NCBI RefSeq assembly: GCF_035594765.1
Contig: NC_085842.1
Coordinates: 19,754,782 to 19,818,781, forward strand
Source of the DNA: Anolis carolinensis
Taxonomy: Eukaryota
Direction: 5' to 3'
DNA: 64,000 nucleotides
A model generated the notes under the pieces. The model was not told where the DNA came from. It saw only the letters and a list, made by a program, of their open reading frames with translations, and ran no database searches. Position numbers and translations under genes: made by a program. Positions 61,708 through 64,000 of this stretch are shown here, in pieces. Every line of letters starts with the position of its first letter. The first letter of the stretch is position 1.

Positions 61708-64000
61708 TCTATATATATAAAAGAGTGATGGCATCACGGCAACTCACAAAACAACAAAAGTACAGGCCCCCCAACCTCAAAATTTGACAACACAACCCAT
61801 CATCCATGCCTCAAGGTTGATACAACAAAAAGAAAAGAAAAATAAAGTCCTAATTAGCGGGAGAGCAATAACTGTTTTTTATCCAATTGCTGCCAGTTTA
61901 GAGGGCTAATCTCTGCCCACTTGGTCGCCTAGCAACCAGCCTGTTAGCAAAGGGACAGCCAGGGTTCAGTTAGGGGACAGGCACACTTAGGCCTAACTTA
62001 GGCTTCTTCCACAGATAATCTAATTTGCACGGGATTATATGGCAGTGTAGACTCAGGGCCCTTCCACACAGTTAGATAACCCATTTAGTATCTTATATTA
62101 TCTGCTTTGAACTGGATTATCCTGACTCCACACTGCCATATAATCCACTTCAGTGTGCATTTTATACAGCTGTGAAGAAGGGGCCTCATATAATCCAGTT
62201 CTAAGCAGATAATTTAAGATTATCAATGTACAGTAGACTCTCACTTATCCAACATAAACAGGCCGGCAGGATAAGTGAATATGTTGGATAATAAGAAGGG
62301 ATTCAGGAAAAGCCGATTAAACAAATTAAGCACCAAAACATCATATTATACAACAAATTTGACAGAAAAAGTAGTTCCATGCGCAGTAATGCTATGTAGT
62401 AATTACAGTAGAGTCTCACTTATCCAACACTCGCTTATCCAACGATCTGGATTATCCAACGCATTTTTGTAGTCAATGCTTTCATTAATATTTTGGTGCT
62501 AAATTCATAAATACAGTAATTACTACATAGCATTACTGTGTATTGAACCACTTTTTCTGCCAAATTTGTTTTCTAACATGATGTTTTCTGCTTAATTTGT
62601 AAAATCATAACTTAATTTGATGTTTAGTAGGGTTATCCTTAATCCCTCCTTATTATCCAACATATTCGCTTATCCAACGTTCTGCCGGCCCGTTTATGTT
62701 GGATAAGTGAGACTCTACTGTACTGTATTTACAAATTTACCACAAAAATATCACAGTGAATTTAAAACACTGACTACACAAACATTGATTATGAAAAGGC
62801 AGACTGCATTGGATAATCCAGAACATTGTATAAGCGAATCTTGGATAAGTGAGATTCTACTTTAATATGAAATAATTACTGGGATAGAATAATGTAGAAC
62901 AATATAATCTCTAAAATCAGGACAGTAAATAAACAGGGGAATTCCACACAGGAAACAATCAGGGCCAGCTAACACCTCCCAACAAAGTATTCCCATCATC
63001 AAAGTCTGGCAAATCCTCTGTTTTCTCAGGGCCACAGACAGTAGAAACACATAAAATATCACAAACAACACCACTTTGAAAACAAGGGAATTCCAGACAG
63101 GAAACAATCAGGGCCAGCTAACACCTCCCAACAAAAAATTCACTCAGGGAGGAAACAACCAGGCTTTAAAGCTGCAAGCCATTACATCCTAATCATTTTG
63201 CCTCCAACAGACAAAAAAAAAACCAATCAGAAATATTGTATATTCACAACCTTTAGGAAATAATATCCCCTGATGGCGCAGCGTGTTAAAGCGCTGAGCT
63301 GCTGAACTTCTGGACCGAAAGGCCGCAGGTTTGAATTGGTGGACCGGAGAGAGCCCCCACTGTTAGCCCCAGCTTCTGCCAACCCAGAAGTTCAAAAACA
63401 TGCAAATGTGAGTGCATCAATAGGTACTGCTCTGGCAGGAAGGTAACGCCGCTCCATGCAGTCATGCCACATGACCTTGGAGGAGTCTACGGACAACGTC
63501 GGCTCTTCGGCTTAGAAATGGAGATGAGCACCAACCCTCAGAATCATACATGACTGGGCTTAATGTCAGGGGAAAACCTTTACCTTTACCTTAACTACCA
63601 CCAATTCCTCAATACTTTATCTCCCATACCACCATACTTTGCCACAGCAACGCGTGGCCGGGCACAGCTAGTCTATAGATATAAAAGAGTGATGGCATCA
63701 CGGCGACTCACAAAACAACAAAAGTACAGGCCCCGCAACCTCAAAATTTGACAACACAACCCATCATTCATGCCTCCAGGTTGATACAACAAAAAGAAAA
63801 GAAAAACAAAGTCCTAATTAGAGGGAGAGCAATAATTTTTTTATCCAATTGCTGCCAGTTTAGAGGGCTAATCTCTGCCCACTTCGTCTCCTAGCAACCA
63901 AATCCTAGCAAGCCAAGGGACAGCCAGGGTTCAGTTAGGGGACAGGCAGACTTCGGCTATCTAATTTGCACTGGATTATATAGCAGTGTAGACTCAAGGC
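61708..64000 (+). mobile_element. Head-to-tail Helitron pair (61708-63671; 63672 to window end)
   Basis: A|TCTATATATATAAAAGAG start. The hairpin + CTAG end is followed immediately by TCTATAGATATAAAAGAG. Confidence 0.8.

Overview
Vertebrate genomic DNA, almost certainly a squamate and probably an Anolis-type lizard, judged from the Sauria SINE, CR1, Penelope and Helitron content. There is one assembly gap (N 3504-3709). The window holds a cluster of tandem C2H2 zinc-finger genes in a repeat-dense background. I reconstructed exons by hand from GT-AG boundaries and reading phase. Gene A is on the minus strand (extended-SCAN exon 4136-4816, middle exon 616-754, ZF exon outside the window). Gene B is on the plus strand (no SCAN exon found, 13 ZF). 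Gene C is on the plus strand (eroded extended SCAN, 13 ZF, paralog of B). Gene E is on the minus strand (extended SCAN, 3-4 ZF) and is followed by an orphan 5-ZF exon D that could be its alternative last exon. Gene F is on the minus strand (extended SCAN, 4 intact ZF). The SCAN exons of A, E and F keep the N-terminal lobe of the Gypsy/Gmr1 Gag capsid (the ESCAN form). The small phase 0-to-1 middle exons look like decayed KRAB-A exons. In three of them the TRIM28-binding V-M-x-E motif has become (V/T)KQE, which is SUMO-site-like. Other notable items are a palindromic promoter at about 58.3-58.9 kb, Penelope-derived hammerhead ribozyme cores, three solo LTRs with 5-bp TSDs inside ESCAN-gene introns, MITE-derived minisatellites and tandem Helitrons. 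Exon models and repeat family names come from pattern recognition only; no database search was run.
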